Source: the human T2T-CHM13v2.0 reference genome, Homo sapiens. From it: a stretch of 64,000 nt of DNA. The stretch lies in assembly GCF_009914755.1 (NCBI RefSeq), contig NC_060930.1; one strand, written 5' to 3'. Position 1 is the first letter of the stretch. Each line of letters opens with the position of its first letter. Made by a program: the position numbers and the translations under genes. The notes below the pieces were generated by a model. The model was not told where the DNA came from. It made no database searches and worked only from the letters and a program-made list of their open reading frames with translations. Of the stretch, positions 44,290-60,067 are shown one piece after another.

Positions 44290-44664
44290 TGTCTTAGTCT
44301 GACTGGGTTGCCATATCTAAATACCATCGACTGGATGGCTTAAACAACAGAAATTTATTTCCCACTGTTCTGTGGCTGAGAAGTCTAAGATACAGGTGCT
44401 GTCCGATACAGTTCCTGGTAAGGGCCTGTTTCCTGGTTTGCAGGTGGATGCCTTCTTGTCTTCTTCACATGATGGAAAAAGAGAGAGTGTTGTTCTCTCT
44501 TCCTCTTCTCCTAAGGTCACCAATCCCATCATGCGGGTCCCACCCTCTTGACCTCATCTAAATCTAATTACTTTCCAAAGGCCCCATGTCCAAACGCCAT
44601 CACATTGGTTGTTAGGGTATCAACCAGTGAATTTGGGAGAAGTATAAACATTCAGTCCATAACA
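44290..44664 (-). mobile_element. MLT1A0 solo LTR
   Basis: tgtcttagtc..ggcttaaacaacagaaatttattt..aacattcagtccataaca; TSD attat/attac. Confidence 0.9.
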
Positions 44665-45219
44665 ATTACCCACCCAAAAAATCACTTAAAAATGCATTTC
44701 AAATGAGTGAAGATGAATGATAAATTAGGAAGGAAATAATAAGAATACTGTCATATTAAGAAGTATAATTTAAGTATTAAAACCAGTTAGAGATAAATGT
44801 AAGCCTCTAAAGTATAATTATAAATCTAGCTTTGATAACAAAGTAAGTAAAGTAATATGCTTGAAAGATAGTATATGATATAAAATATTTTAGTAATTAG
44901 CTTGGTCTAAGATTCCAGATTACCTTAGGGAAGGCCTATATGATTTCAGAAAGCAATGAAATTGTAATAATTATCTTGCTTACACTGAAACTTCTTAGAA
45001 GCTACAGTTTTATTACTGACTGGTTGATTTATAAAGTTTTGTTAGATAATTTTTTGAAAATTTAAATATAATTAACAATAGGCTAAAATCAAGATATACA
45101 CTATTCAGATGACTGGTAATGATATATCCATCCATATAGCCCTAATTAACATAAACTATAAAAAACATGTAAACAAAACAAAACAAAATATTATATTATG
45201 ACAGATATAATTGGACTTG

Positions 45220-45451
45220 TGGCTCACTGCAACCTCTGCCTCCTGGGTTCAAGTGATTCTCCTGCCTCAGCCTTCAGAGTAGCTAGGATTACAGGCATGT
45301 GCCACCTTGCCCAGCTAATTTTTGTACTTTTAGTAGAGATGGGGTTACACCATGTTGGCCAGGTTGGTTTCCAACTCCTGACCTCAAGAGATCTGCCCAC
45401 CCTGGCCTCCCAAAGTTCTGGGATTACAGGCATGACCCACCACATCTGGCC
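45220..45451 (-). mobile_element. AluS lacking its 3' ~70 bp and poly(A)
   Basis: ggctcactgcaacc...cacatctggcc; tggactt on both sides. Confidence 0.93.
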
Positions 45452-45809
45452 TGGACTTACTTTCTTATTAAAAAATAAAGTTGCTCAAGTTAAAAAATGT
45501 AAGTCCAATTATATTTTTATTAGAAAAGACATGCCCCCCAAAAAGTCACAAAAGGACTTAATTAAAAAATAAACAGAATAAGCAATGATGTATCAGATGG
45601 TTGTAAACAATAAAATAATAAAATATCAGAGATGTCAATACTATTTGCAGAGGCAGAAAAATTAAATGGGTTAAAGTTTGACTATTATTTTATTTAAAGA
45701 TGCATGATATATGAAGACATAATACTAATAAACTTTGCCAATCACCTTAAAATTTTATTCAGCTTAGAATATTGAAGAGAACATAAAAAAGTATCTACAA
45801 AACTTTTAC

Positions 45810-47430
45810 CCTCTTACCTTCATTTTACCTTATACTCTACCCTATTTATAAGAATGTGGACATTTCATGAACAACGAACAATGCCTCACCCTGTGTGCTA
45901 GATCTCATGCCTTCTCATCCACCCACAGACACTGCTAGAGCAATTCTCTTGATTTCCTACATTACTACCTTTTTTCCACTCTACATAGTTCCCACTCTAG
46001 ATGATATCAGCATATACAACAAAATAAATCCGTTCCAAATTTACTCTACTCCCTACCAAATAGTGCCCCCATGTCATACCTTTTATAGCAAAACTTTTGG
46101 AGGGAATTTTCTATATAGCTGTCTCTAATATCCCTCCTCCCATTTTCTCATAAACCTATTCCAAAAGATTTTCACCCACTTCAACATGTCAAAGAAAATG
46201 GTGTTACCAATGAAATTGCACATTTCTAAATTCAATGGTTATTTCTCTGTCTTCACTGAACTGCAAGAGCAGATGACATTTCATCAACCTTTTCCCCTTG
46301 CAACATCTTCTTATCTTGATTTCCAGGGCATTATACTCTTCATGTTTACCACCTACATCTCTGCTTCCATCTTCTTAGTCTGGTTTCTTTTTATAGTCAT
46401 AGCCTCTAAATGTAGGAGTATCCCACAAAGTTCCCCTCTTTGTTCTCTGTACTTATAAGTGTTTCCACCTAGAATATGTACTGATGACTCTCAAACTTAA
46501 AATGCTCCACTGACTAAAAGATTCATTCATATATCCAATGTCCACCTGACATCTCTACTTGAATGAAATCTAGAAACCAAAAACTTAATATATGCACAAT
46601 ATAATCTAGAAATTACAAACTTAATATATTCACAGCTGAGTTTCTGTTATCTTTCCCTTCACCCCCATACATAGAATTTCTGAAAATTTCCTCTCTCTAC
46701 TTTTCAATTATTCAGACTAAAATAATGGGTATCATTCTTGATGACTTTTTTAATTTCTTATACCACATTAATTCTAGCAGCTAGTCCTATAAGTTTTATT
46801 TTCAATTCATATCTAAATTCTGACCAATTCTTTCCATTTGCACTGCCACCATCCTTAGATAAGCCATACTCATGTCTTACCTGGAAAACAGTAATAGTAA
46901 CTTAACTGGTTTCCCAGATTCCATATTTGCCCAGCTGTAATTTATTCCCAACAGAGCAAACCTGGCAAGAAGTTAGATTTTATCATCCCCTGCTAACAAC
47001 TCTCCAACAGCTTTCCATCTCACTCAGAGTGAAAGAAAATGTCTTACCATCATCTATAGTGAAAGAAAAAGTCTTACAATCATCTATGAAGTTCAACATT
47101 TTCTGGTCCCCCCCCTTTTTTTTTAACAATCTGATCTCATCTAGTACTGAATCTGTTGGCCACTCTGAGCCAGCCATTCTAGTCCTCCTCAGACACAGCA
47201 GTCATGCTGTCATATCACAGCCTTTGCACTCAGTATTTTCACTGTATGAAAAATTATTCCCCTCAACATCGATAGGACTTGCTCTCTTGCTTCCCTTGGG
47301 TCCAACTCATAAGCCATCTTTTCAGTGAGGGATTGCCTGGTCATCCTAGTAAACATTTTTGCTCACCTCTGACATATAACTTCCTTGCCTTCTTCAGTTT
47401 TTCTTTGTACCACTTAATTTTACCTAATAT
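45810..47430 (+). mobile_element. L2 (L2a-like) long 3' fragment
   Basis: Pyrimidine-rich sense L2: ctaaattcaatggttatttctc, ctgatgactctcaaac, cactgccaccatcc, ccatctcactcagagtgaaag; contains a 30-bp tandem duplication at 47028-47087. Confidence 0.8.
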
Positions 47431-47506
47431 TACACACAGATGGGTTTCTTTTTCCTTAAAATCTGCTTTGTGCCCCCAAAATAGGTTCTTCCTAGTTGCT
47501 TCTACT

Positions 47507-48995
47507 TAGTGGTGTGCAAGAGATGGCATATATAGCCTCACAAGAGCAAACTGTTAAATTTTCAGAAATTTTATGAGCCAGCCCAGCCATTATGAAAAAA
47601 ACAAATACTGTAAACATATTGTTAATGATTTTAAAAACAAAGGTAAAACCTAAAAACTAATCACTTTCTAAGAATTTCACTATATTTTACCATTTTCTAT
47701 GATCTTGAAGTTATCTATGTCTATCTGTATGACAGAAATACTACATAAGAAAGTCTCATTATTTGCAGTAGTTAGGTTGTATGAAGTTATAGTGAACAAT
47801 GAATTAGTGGACACTGAACCATGCTGCTAGGGGAAGTTCAGAATTAGGTTTCTGCAAACCTGTAGTCAGGACCTTTTCTCAACTGATCAATACATAAGCT
47901 CGTTTTATATATGTTTCCATTTAGATACACCTATTTTATACATATTATTGATTCATTAACACTGAAGTCAAGGCCAGCAGCACTATAACTCATGTTTGGA
48001 AGAAGGTGATTATCTAATGCATGTATTTTCCATAAGGCATATCGCAGCCTTCTGCAATTAAGAACACTATACTGCATGTCAGCATTATGCTTGGAGACCA
48101 TTTTAAACAGAAAAGCACCAACAAAAGGCACAAAAGTGTGAAAAATATGGCACAAGGTTGCTTATGGTATGATAATTTAAATGAGAAGGTAGAGTGTTGT
48201 CTTATTCAACCTCAGCTGGGAACATGAGTATCAGGAAACTCAAGTTTTTGCCATTTTATGCATGTCTGTGAATGACCATGAAATGACCATAAACATTACT
48301 TTGGGGTAACAAATAAATTTTTAACCAGAAGTGTAATTCACACGTATAGAATACACAAATATTGAAGATTGACTGTGTAATGGTGAAAAACTGAACAATG
48401 TAAAATGCTTTCTAATTCTGCATTCAGTGACATCATATTGGTAGGTTTAAATTGGCCACGGTGGAAGTATGAACACCATAGGGCAAATACTATAAATAAA
48501 GGCCTTATTTATTGTTTGATTGGTTGTATAGACTCAATAAAATTATGAGAGAAATATTAATAAAAGTATGTTCTGCTTGCAACCATTACACTGTGAATAG
48601 CACAAACAACTAAGGCTCTCTTTTCCAGTATTTGAAAACGATTATTTAATCAGCAAGGAAGTCATTATGTTATTAAGAGCAAATGAGGGCCCAATGTATG
48701 TCTTTGCTGTTTTACTTTCATTTTGCTCATCAATGTAGACAAAAATATCAACCACCATCATTTCAGATTTATACTAATTTATCCATTGGAATGATAGGTT
48801 GGCTAGGGATTCAAGAATTCAGGAAAAATCAAGGAAAGAAAAGGTTGCTAGGGAATGCTTTGGCTATTTAAATTTACAATATAAATATTGCATATTTCAT
48901 AATTATTTGTGAATTGCCTCATACATATTTTTCACATGAGTCGTAGTTTTTTTCAAAAAAGAGCTGAATATTAAACATTTATGAGAACAACATTG
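47507..48995. mobile_element. MER63 (hAT-Blackjack), interrupted by MER82
   Basis: tagtggtgtgc..tgttaaattttcagaaattttatgagcc; ttcagtgacatcatattggtag; end ttaaacatttatgagaacaacattg. Confidence 0.75.
47746..48375 (-). mobile_element. MER82 (TcMar-Tigger)
   Basis: caacctcagctgggaac, ccattttaaacag..caccaacaaaaggcacaaaa, ends gattgactg. Confidence 0.8.
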
Positions 48996-49399
48996 CTTAA
49001 AATATACTCTCAGTTTTAGATATCTAATATACTCCACTGTCTACAGAGTTGCCTCACCCTTTTCAAGAAGCCCTCTTTGAGAGGTCCTTTTTGTCATGAA
49101 CCTGGGCTGGTTCCCTCCCATGTAGCACACGTATATGCCATGGGAAACACAATTTCTGCTCTGCTCCCAGTGGAAAAGCAGCTCTTTCCCAATGTATTCT
49201 TATCTTCTTATGGTCCACCTCTAGCTTGTAGACCAGCTCTTCATGCATTCACCAGGCATTAGTCTGACATTAGCCAAATATGCTCCCCAATCTCCAAGGG
49301 AAATAAATCATGCTTTCTAAGTGGCCTCCTTGAAGTCCTTCTTACATGACTTGAAATGAGGGGGAAGCACTTGCTCCCTTTTCTTATAGGAATGGGAGG

Positions 49400-49519
49400 G
49401 AAATATAGAACTAGGTTATACAATAATAAATATGGGGAGTACATAGCATATATAAACACTATTCACAATTCTAAGCTGATAAAATAGAAAATACTGATGG
49501 AATGAAAGAATTATTTTAA
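49400..49519 (+). mobile_element. Ancient L1M ORF2 remnant (left half of the target site)
   Basis: aacactattcacaattctaagctgataaaatagaaaatactgatggaatg resembles the YYEQLYANKLENLDEM region; continues after 54738. Confidence 0.55.
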
Positions 49520-49665
49520 TAGCACACTCAGGTCCATCACCATGTGATGCCCTGCACCACCTTGGAACCCTGAAAGAAAGTCCCACCAGCATGAAGGCTC
49601 TCATCAGAATGAAGGGTCTTACCAGATGTGGTCCCTTGAAGTTGGACTTCTCAGCCTCCATCACA
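49520..49665 (+). mobile_element. MST (MSTC-like) LTR fragment, R-region only
   Basis: tagcacactcag..ccatgtgatgccctgcacc..agtcccaccagca..accagatgtggtcccttga..ttggacttctcagcctccat; no U3 and no 3' LTR end. Confidence 0.8.
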
Positions 49666-50737
49666 ACCCTATCAAGAAAGTGAAAAGGACCACAAAAATT
49701 TCATTCCAAGACGGCCAAATAGGAACAGCTCCGGCCCACAGCTCCCGGCGTGATCGATGCAGAAGACAGGTGATTTCTGCATTTCCAACTGAAGTACCTG
49801 GTTCATCTCACTTGGACTGGTTGGACAGTGGGTGCAGCCCACAGAGGGCAAGCAGAAACAGGGCAGGGCATTGCCTCACCTGGGAAGTGCAAGGGGTCAG
49901 GGGATTTCCCTTTCCTAGCCAAGGGAAGCTGTGACAGACTGTACTTGGAAAATTGGGACACTCCTGCCCAAATACCACAATTTTCCAAACGTCTTAGCAA
50001 ATGGCACACCAGGAGACTATATCCAGTGCCTAGCTCAGCAGGTCCCAAGCCCACAGAGCCTTGCTTACTGCTAGAGCAGCAGTCTGAGATGGAACTGCAA
50101 GGCAGCAGCCTGCCTGGCTGGGGAGGGGTGTCCGCCATTGCTGAGCCTTGAGTAGGTAAACAGAGCAGGCAGGGAAGCTTGAACTGGGTAGAGCCCACTG
50201 CAGCTCAGCAAGGCATGTTGCCTCTGTACATTCCACCTCTGGGGGCAGGGCACAGCTGAACAAAAGGCAGCAGAAACTTCTGCAGGCTTAAATGTCCCTG
50301 TCTGACAGCTCTGAAGAGAGCAGTGGTTCTCCCAGCATGGTGTTTGAGCTCTGAGAAGAGACAGACTGCCTCCTCAAGTGGGTCCCTGACCCCCGTGTAG
50401 CCTAACTGGGAGACACCTCCCAGTAGGGGTAGACTGACACCTCATACAGGTGGATGCCCCTCTGAGACGAAACTTCCAGAGGAAGGATCAGGCAGCAATA
50501 TTTGCTGTTGTGCAATATTTGCTGTTCTGCAGCCTCTGCTGGTGATACCAGGCAAACAGGGTCTGGAGTGGATGTCCAGCAAACTCCAACAGACCTGCAG
50601 CTGAGGGTCCTGACTGTTAGAAGGAAAACTGACAAACAGAAAGCAATAGCAAGAACATCAACAGAAAGGACATCCACACAAAAACCCCTTCTGTAGGTCA
50701 CCAACATCAAAGACCAAAGGTAGATAAAACCACAAAG

Positions 50738-51446
50738 ATGGGGAGAAACCAGAGCAGAAAACCTGAAAATTCTAAAAACCAGAGCACCTCTTCTCCTCCA
50801 AAGGATCACAGCTCCTCGCCAGCAACAGAACAAAGCTGGATGGAGAATGACTTTGATGAACTGACAGAAGTAGGCTTCAGAAGGTCGGTAATAACAAACT
50901 TCTCTGAGCTAAACAAGGGAGGATGTTTGAACCCATAGCAAGGAAGCTAAAAACCTTGAAAAAAGATTAGACGAATGGCTAACTAGAATAAATAATGTAA
51001 AGAAGACCTTAAATGACCTGATGGAACTGAAAACCATGGCACGAGAACAACGTGATGCATGCACAAACTTCAATAGCTGATTCAATCAAGTGGAAGAAAG
51101 GATATCAGAAATTGAAGATCAAATTAATGAAATAAAGCAAGAAAAGAAGTTTGGAGAAAAAAGAGTAAAAAGAAATGAACAAAGCCTCCAAGAAATATGG
51201 GACTATGTGAAAAGACCAAGCTACGTTTGATTGGTGTACCTGAGAGTGACAGGGAGAATGCAACCAAGTTGGAAAACACTCTTCAGGATACTATCCAGAA
51301 ATTCCTCAACCTATAAAATCAGGCCAACATTTAAATTCAGGAAATACAAAGCACACCACTAACATACTCCTCGAGAAGAGCAACTTGAAGACACATAATT
51401 GTCAGATTCACCAAGGTTGAAATGAAGAAAAAAATGCTAAAGGCAG
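50738..51446 (+). pseudogene. Disrupted L1 ORF1
   Basis: MGRNQSRK..SSPPKDHSSSPATEQSWMENDFDEL; frameshifts; C-terminus deleted. Confidence 0.9.
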
Positions 51447-54491
<3,045 letters not shown>

Positions 54492-55139
54492 ACAGTGAGA
54501 ACACTTTGTCACAGGGTGGGAAAGGTCACACACCAGGGCCTGTCATGGGGTGGGACCAGGGGGAAGGATAGCACTGGGAGAAATACCTAATGTAACTGAT
54601 GGGTTGATGGGTGCAGCAGGCCAGCATGGCACATGTATACCTATGTAAGGAGCCTGCACTTTGTGCACATGTACCCTAGAACTTAAAGTATAATAATAAA
54701 AAAAAAGAAAATGAAAAAACAAAAAGGAATTATTTTAAAATATATAAACAAAGACTAGTGTAAAGGGTTATATAAAGATTCTATAGACAAATAACGAGAT
54801 ATGATTCATCTTTGAAGGGGGCTGCAGAACTAAATTGCTTTACTTGTGAACTACCTCAGCCCCCAATTAATAATCATGCTATAAATTCATCCAGGGGACA
54901 GAACATGATAGCAAATTAGTTACTGTTGTATGAAGTTAACAAAACTCGTATTAAAACCTAGGAAAATGAAAAGAGTAAAATTATAGAATGATAGCACTCA
55001 TGAACACAGATGGAGGTACTTTAAATAAAATATACCAAATAATTTCAATAATTTCTTAAAATAATTTTTATAAAGATGAAGTAATGTTTAATCCAGGACA
55101 CATAATAATGACAGTGACAATTACAATGATGCTGATGAT

Positions 55140-55350
55140 AGCTAAAATGTATTGGCCATTTACAATATGCCATATGTTATTTTAAGCATTTTATATATAT
55201 CAAATCTTTTAATCTAAACAACAATCTATAGATTTTTTATTAATTTACAGATGAGAACTGAGTCCCTGAGAGGTAGAGTAACTTGTTGAAAGTCACACAG
55301 TCAATAAGTGCTGGAGTGGGTATTTGAATACAGCTTTCCAAGTCACTCTC
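55140..55350 (-). mobile_element. MIR
   Basis: tttacagatgagaactgagtccctgagaggtagagtaacttgttgaaagtcacacag. Confidence 0.8.
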
Positions 55351-56361
55351 CCATATTGAATGAATATTAATACGTGTAAGAAAAAATGCATCATCTCAAT
55401 AAGAAACATATTTGGAAATATTTTAACATTAATAAAAAAGCTTTGTAAGCCATAACCTTTAAAAACTAGACAAACGTAAATCTTCTTAATATGATTAAAC
55501 ATATCCCAAAGTAAAAGTTATGTCTTCCTTAATAGGGAAACACCAGGAGGAAATTCAAGACAAAGATGTTATCTAATTTCTAAAATTCCCTTATAGAAAT
55601 ATGGCAAAAGAGGGAAATAAAGAATTACAAATATTTGAAAGGGTACAAAATATCATTGTTTAAAAGCATATGGTTGTATACCCAGAAAATTCAAATTAAC
55701 TGAGACAGATGTCTAAATATAAACATTTTGTATTTATCTACAATAACAATGATGATAATATGTCAACCACATGGAGCACATTCCAAATATTTAGAAATAA
55801 CAGCCCTAACTAAAGATATATGAGGCTTATATAAAGTATGATTTTTTTTTTGAGTTGAGAGAAAGAGAAATATATAAAGAGATTCTCAAATTCATTTTCA
55901 AAATAAACAACTACAAATAACTATTTAACAAAGAGTTACGGAAGTAACATTTTTATTCCTGCAAAGGCAACATGTTGTATAGCCACAAAGAATAAACCGA
56001 CTTAAACTCAACAGAAGGTTAGTGGAATAGAATATATAACCCAGAAACATATCTCAGGATAATTGCTCTCAAGTCTCCAAGGGCGATCAATCAATGTTGC
56101 TTATAGTATCCAGATTCTGAGGTCCTACCTGAAGGTATTCTGACTAAGTCTGGCATTATTTACAAGTATTCAAGGTGATTCTGATGCATGTGGTTTATAT
56201 TACTTTGATATGTAATAAAGCAAACATTATAAACCACAAAAATTTTCAATGATAGTAAGTTTTACTATTAAAGAGAAAAAATTCTCAAATTACTGAAAGT
56301 AAATAAAAGATGAAGAACTACACATAAAGAAGAAAACAAACTCATGTAAATATATATAACA

Positions 56362-56920
56362 CCATGGTTCTTACACTTTATGCCAAGGCAACCTAGGGTA
56401 CTGCTGTCAACTCAGAGGGGCACCATGAGATATTTTAGATTTTCAAGGTAAATGTAGCAGTACCCGACATCTCTTAGATACAATTCAAACTACTAACTCT
56501 AGGTACAGAGTTTCCTCATTAGATTGAGCTACATAGGTAAAATTGACATCATGTATTTTATTACAATAATTTCTGTGATAGAAGCAAACACAGAGTAAAA
56601 TTCAATTTGTGTCAAGAAGTGAGAGCAGCAGTGTGCAATCTAATTCCAATGTTTGATAAATTTTGCAGTATCCAGTGGACACACATGTCCCATGAATAAT
56701 TGCAGTTATGCAGAAATGAAACTAAAAAATGTTTTCAGTTTATGTGTATTTTTTCAAACAGATAATAAGTTGTTAGTAGGACATAAATAATTATTTAATT
56801 TTTTGGACCTAATTATTTAATAAACACTAGTAGTAGGCATTATTTTTTGGCTTAGGGGTACCCTAAAAGAATTACTGAAACACTAAGGGAATTGTAAACT
56901 AAAAACATTTGTATAACTTT
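56362..56920. mobile_element. hAT-Charlie element (MER119-like)
   Basis: aactcagaggggcaccatgagatatttt..caatctaattccaatgtttga..ttactgaaacactaagg. Confidence 0.7.
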
Positions 56921-57018
56921 AAGCAGAAATAAGAAATAAGTTTTTAATTAGTCTTTGTATGAGAAAGACCTAAGCAAAAGAAATAGTAATAAATTAATAA
57001 CAAAACTAATATTTAGTT

Positions 57019-57056
57019 TTTACTATTTAAAATTCTGTTTACTATTTAAAATTCTG
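57019..57056. repeat. 19-bp perfect tandem duplication
   Basis: tttactatttaaaattctg x2. Confidence 0.95.
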
Positions 57057-57997
57057 CACTTAAAGATTCATATAAATTATCCCATTTATTTATCACAACA
57101 ATCTTTTGAAGTAGATTTATTTTAATCTCAATTGTTAAGATTTAGAGTAATTAACTTTCCCAAGTTATGGTTTGGTATAGCTAGCTGTTACACCAATCCA
57201 AGTACTGAACTATAGCACAACTCTACATGCAACAAATAAAACAAACTGTTAATCATATATAAAGTGCTCTCACTGGATGTCTAGAAAAGCACTAGAAAAT
57301 ACTGATAGAAAAAGAACTGAAATCTATCACTAGATAATTCACAAAAAATGCAGAAAAAGCCAGTACAAAAGAAAAAAATCCTTACTAGTAGTATAAAAAT
57401 TTGAATTAAAACTGTAATGACTTCAACATGAGATTGTTACCCCCATAAAAGCAGCAACCATACACTTTTACCTCTGTTATCTATAAGGCATTGTTAGGTA
57501 ATTTAAGAAAAAGAACCATCTACTTTTTTTACTTGGAAAGATTTAAAGATTTATTTTCTCCTGAAATAGTTATTGGGTGACTATAAATATCTAATGGAGT
57601 TAGTTCTTAGACACAGTGGAGAACCATACAGACATAGGCATGCCCTTGATGGAGATTAATGTCTGTGGATGCTAGCCATGTTGATTTGCACTGAGATGGG
57701 CATTGCCATGGATGGGAATGCAATTGGATTCAACCTTTCTAGGAGAAACTTTGACAATATATGATGAAAATCTTAAGATGGACTCACCCTCTCATTCCAC
57801 TTTGAGGAATATTTCAGAATGACAGTGAAAAATTTGCTTTCAGGGATTTTTGTCACAGTATTATTTATTAGAGAAAAACTTTGAAAGCAACAATGGTCAA
57901 TTATCAGTGAAGAATTAAGGGAATGCAATAATCTATAGAACAGAATATTAGGCAGTCAATCAACGAAAATCATATTTTTGAATAATATTTAATTGTA

Positions 57998-58645
57998 TGT
58001 TTTAACAAAAGACCATGAGATCTACAGTGGAAGAGAAAGGAGAAAACTATTTTCAGAAAAGGAAACAATCCTGCAGATTGGAGGAATGCAATCTCTGGAG
58101 GAAACCAAAAGTACATGGTCTGAAGAATGGACAGGGAGGTTGTCATTTATGCCTTCAGTGCCTGTCTTAAAAGAAAGCTTATGAACAATTATGAGGACAG
58201 TTAAGTGAATAGGCAGTGTGTAGACATATATGTAACATACATTTTCATGTTTGAGATGAGGTCATAGCATTAAAATGGGATGGAATTTGGCTATGCCTGT
58301 CAAAAGGTATAAGCTGTCCCAAACTGCATGAGGTCTGCAGCTGTTTATCACGAAGGAGTGATCCTAAGGCAAGGCTGATCCTCTGTCCAAATGGAGTTAT
58401 GGTAGAATTGCAAAGCAGGTGGGGTGATGGGATTCTCTCAGCTAGTGTCAGGCAGTCTGTTGGAGGTCAGTTGAAGAATATCCAGCTGTCTTAATTAGAG
58501 TGAAGAAAACCTTGTGATAATTATTAACACAGGAATATGTGGATGAGCTCCTCACCCTGGCTAAGGACATTTGGTTCTGTTTCAGTGTGTCTCATCTTAG
58601 CGACAGGGAGTGCATTTTGTCTGTCTGCTTGGGTATATTTTAACA
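57998..58645 (-). mobile_element. ERV1-class solo LTR (MER34/MER39/LTR48-like)
   Basis: tg...ca ends; aaaagaccatgag..aaaggaga..cctgcag; gcattaaaatgggatggaatttggct..gtcaaaaggt. Confidence 0.55.
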
Positions 58646-59317
58646 CATGGAAATCACACTTTGAGAAATAGCAGGGGAAAGCAGATATAGTAACTATTAC
58701 CAATCAGTTTTTAAAAATCACTAAAACTCCAATAGGAAAAACAAAGGAGTGGGGGGACATGCAGTTGGAATCCAATACTAACATTAATATATGTACATAT
58801 ATACACACAGAAACACAGAACTAAAAAACTATTAGAATGTTCAAGATAGTTATATCTGGGGTGTTAGAGAAATTGAGACTATGGGTGATTTAAAATTTAT
58901 AATTTGATACTACAGATTTTCTCCAATGTGTATGCACTGTTTTTATAATAAAGTAACTTGCATATAAACTATTGTGACCAATAACAATGAGAACTGACAA
59001 ATATAAATGAGAAATCTATGGTGATTTTAAAAAGTAACACCATGGTAGTCAGTCAGTCAGTTAAGTACATGGTTTAAGGATTTCAAAGGTTACAAAATTA
59101 AGTTTGTAAAAGGCAGAATTATTTAAAATTAAAAGATAATTATTTATTTAATAGTTATGTCATTTTATTATTAATAAGGCATTGTATAAATCAGAAGCTA
59201 AGTTAATTAGACAATTTATATTATAGCTATCAACATTTTATTGAAGCATATTTAATTAGGTAGAGAGAATTCTCAGTTGGTCTCCAGTTCAGGGGACAAC
59301 TAAAAGGAAAATATATA

Positions 59318-59768
59318 CAGTTGACTCTAAAACAACATGGGAGGAACAGGTGACAAACACTGCACAGTTGAAAATCCACATATAATTTTTAACCCTTAAA
59401 ACTTAAGCACAAATAGCCTATTGTTTACTCAGAAAACTTTCCAAAAACATAAACAATGAATTAACACATATTTTGTATGTTATATGTATTATATACTATA
59501 TTCTTGTAACAAGGTAAGCTAGAGAAAAGAAAATGTTATTATGAAAATCATAAGAAAGAGAATATAAGCAAATAAATATATACTATTCATTAAATGAAGT
59601 GGATCATCATAACGGTTTTCCATCTAATTGTCTTTACCTTGGGTAGGCTGTGAAGGAGGAGGAAGAGGTGGAGTTGATTTTGCTTTCTCAGAGGTGGCAC
59701 AGGTGAAAGAAAATTCACATATAAGTGAAACTGTGTAGCTCAAAACTACATTGTTCAAGGGTCAACTG
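59318..59768. mobile_element. Tigger2a (MER28)
   Basis: TIRs cagttgactctaaaacaac / gttcaagggtcaactg; TA on the left. Confidence 0.9.
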
Positions 59769-60067
59769 TGTATACAGTTATGTCTCACTTAATGATGGGA
59801 ATATATTCTGAGAAATGCATTCTCAGGCAATTTCATTGTTGTGTGAACCTCATAGAGTGTACTTATAGGAGCCTAGATGGTATAGCCTACTACACACCTA
59901 AGCTAATGGTGTAGCCCATTGCTCCTAGGCTATAAGCCTGTATGGCATATTACTGTACTGAATACTGTATGCAATTGTAACACAATGGTATTTGTGTATC
60001 TAAACATCAAAAAGGTACAGTAAAAATATGGAATAAAAGATAATAATGAAATAATTATATTGGGCAC

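Larger units (their letters stand above)
43250..45780 (+). mobile_element. Very old L1M/HAL1-like ORF1-to-EN remnant
   Basis: A-rich L1-like sequence: aatttggagaataaatttgag, catgtacaaagtcttga..tgtgaaggcaa, aaagacatgccc; interrupted by STR, MLT1A0 and Alu. Confidence 0.45.
54739..57990 (+). mobile_element. Ancient L1M ORF2/3' remnants (fragmented)
   Basis: cactcatgaacacagatg..aaataaaatat, atcatctcaataag, agtggaatagaatatataacccagaaac. Confidence 0.55.
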
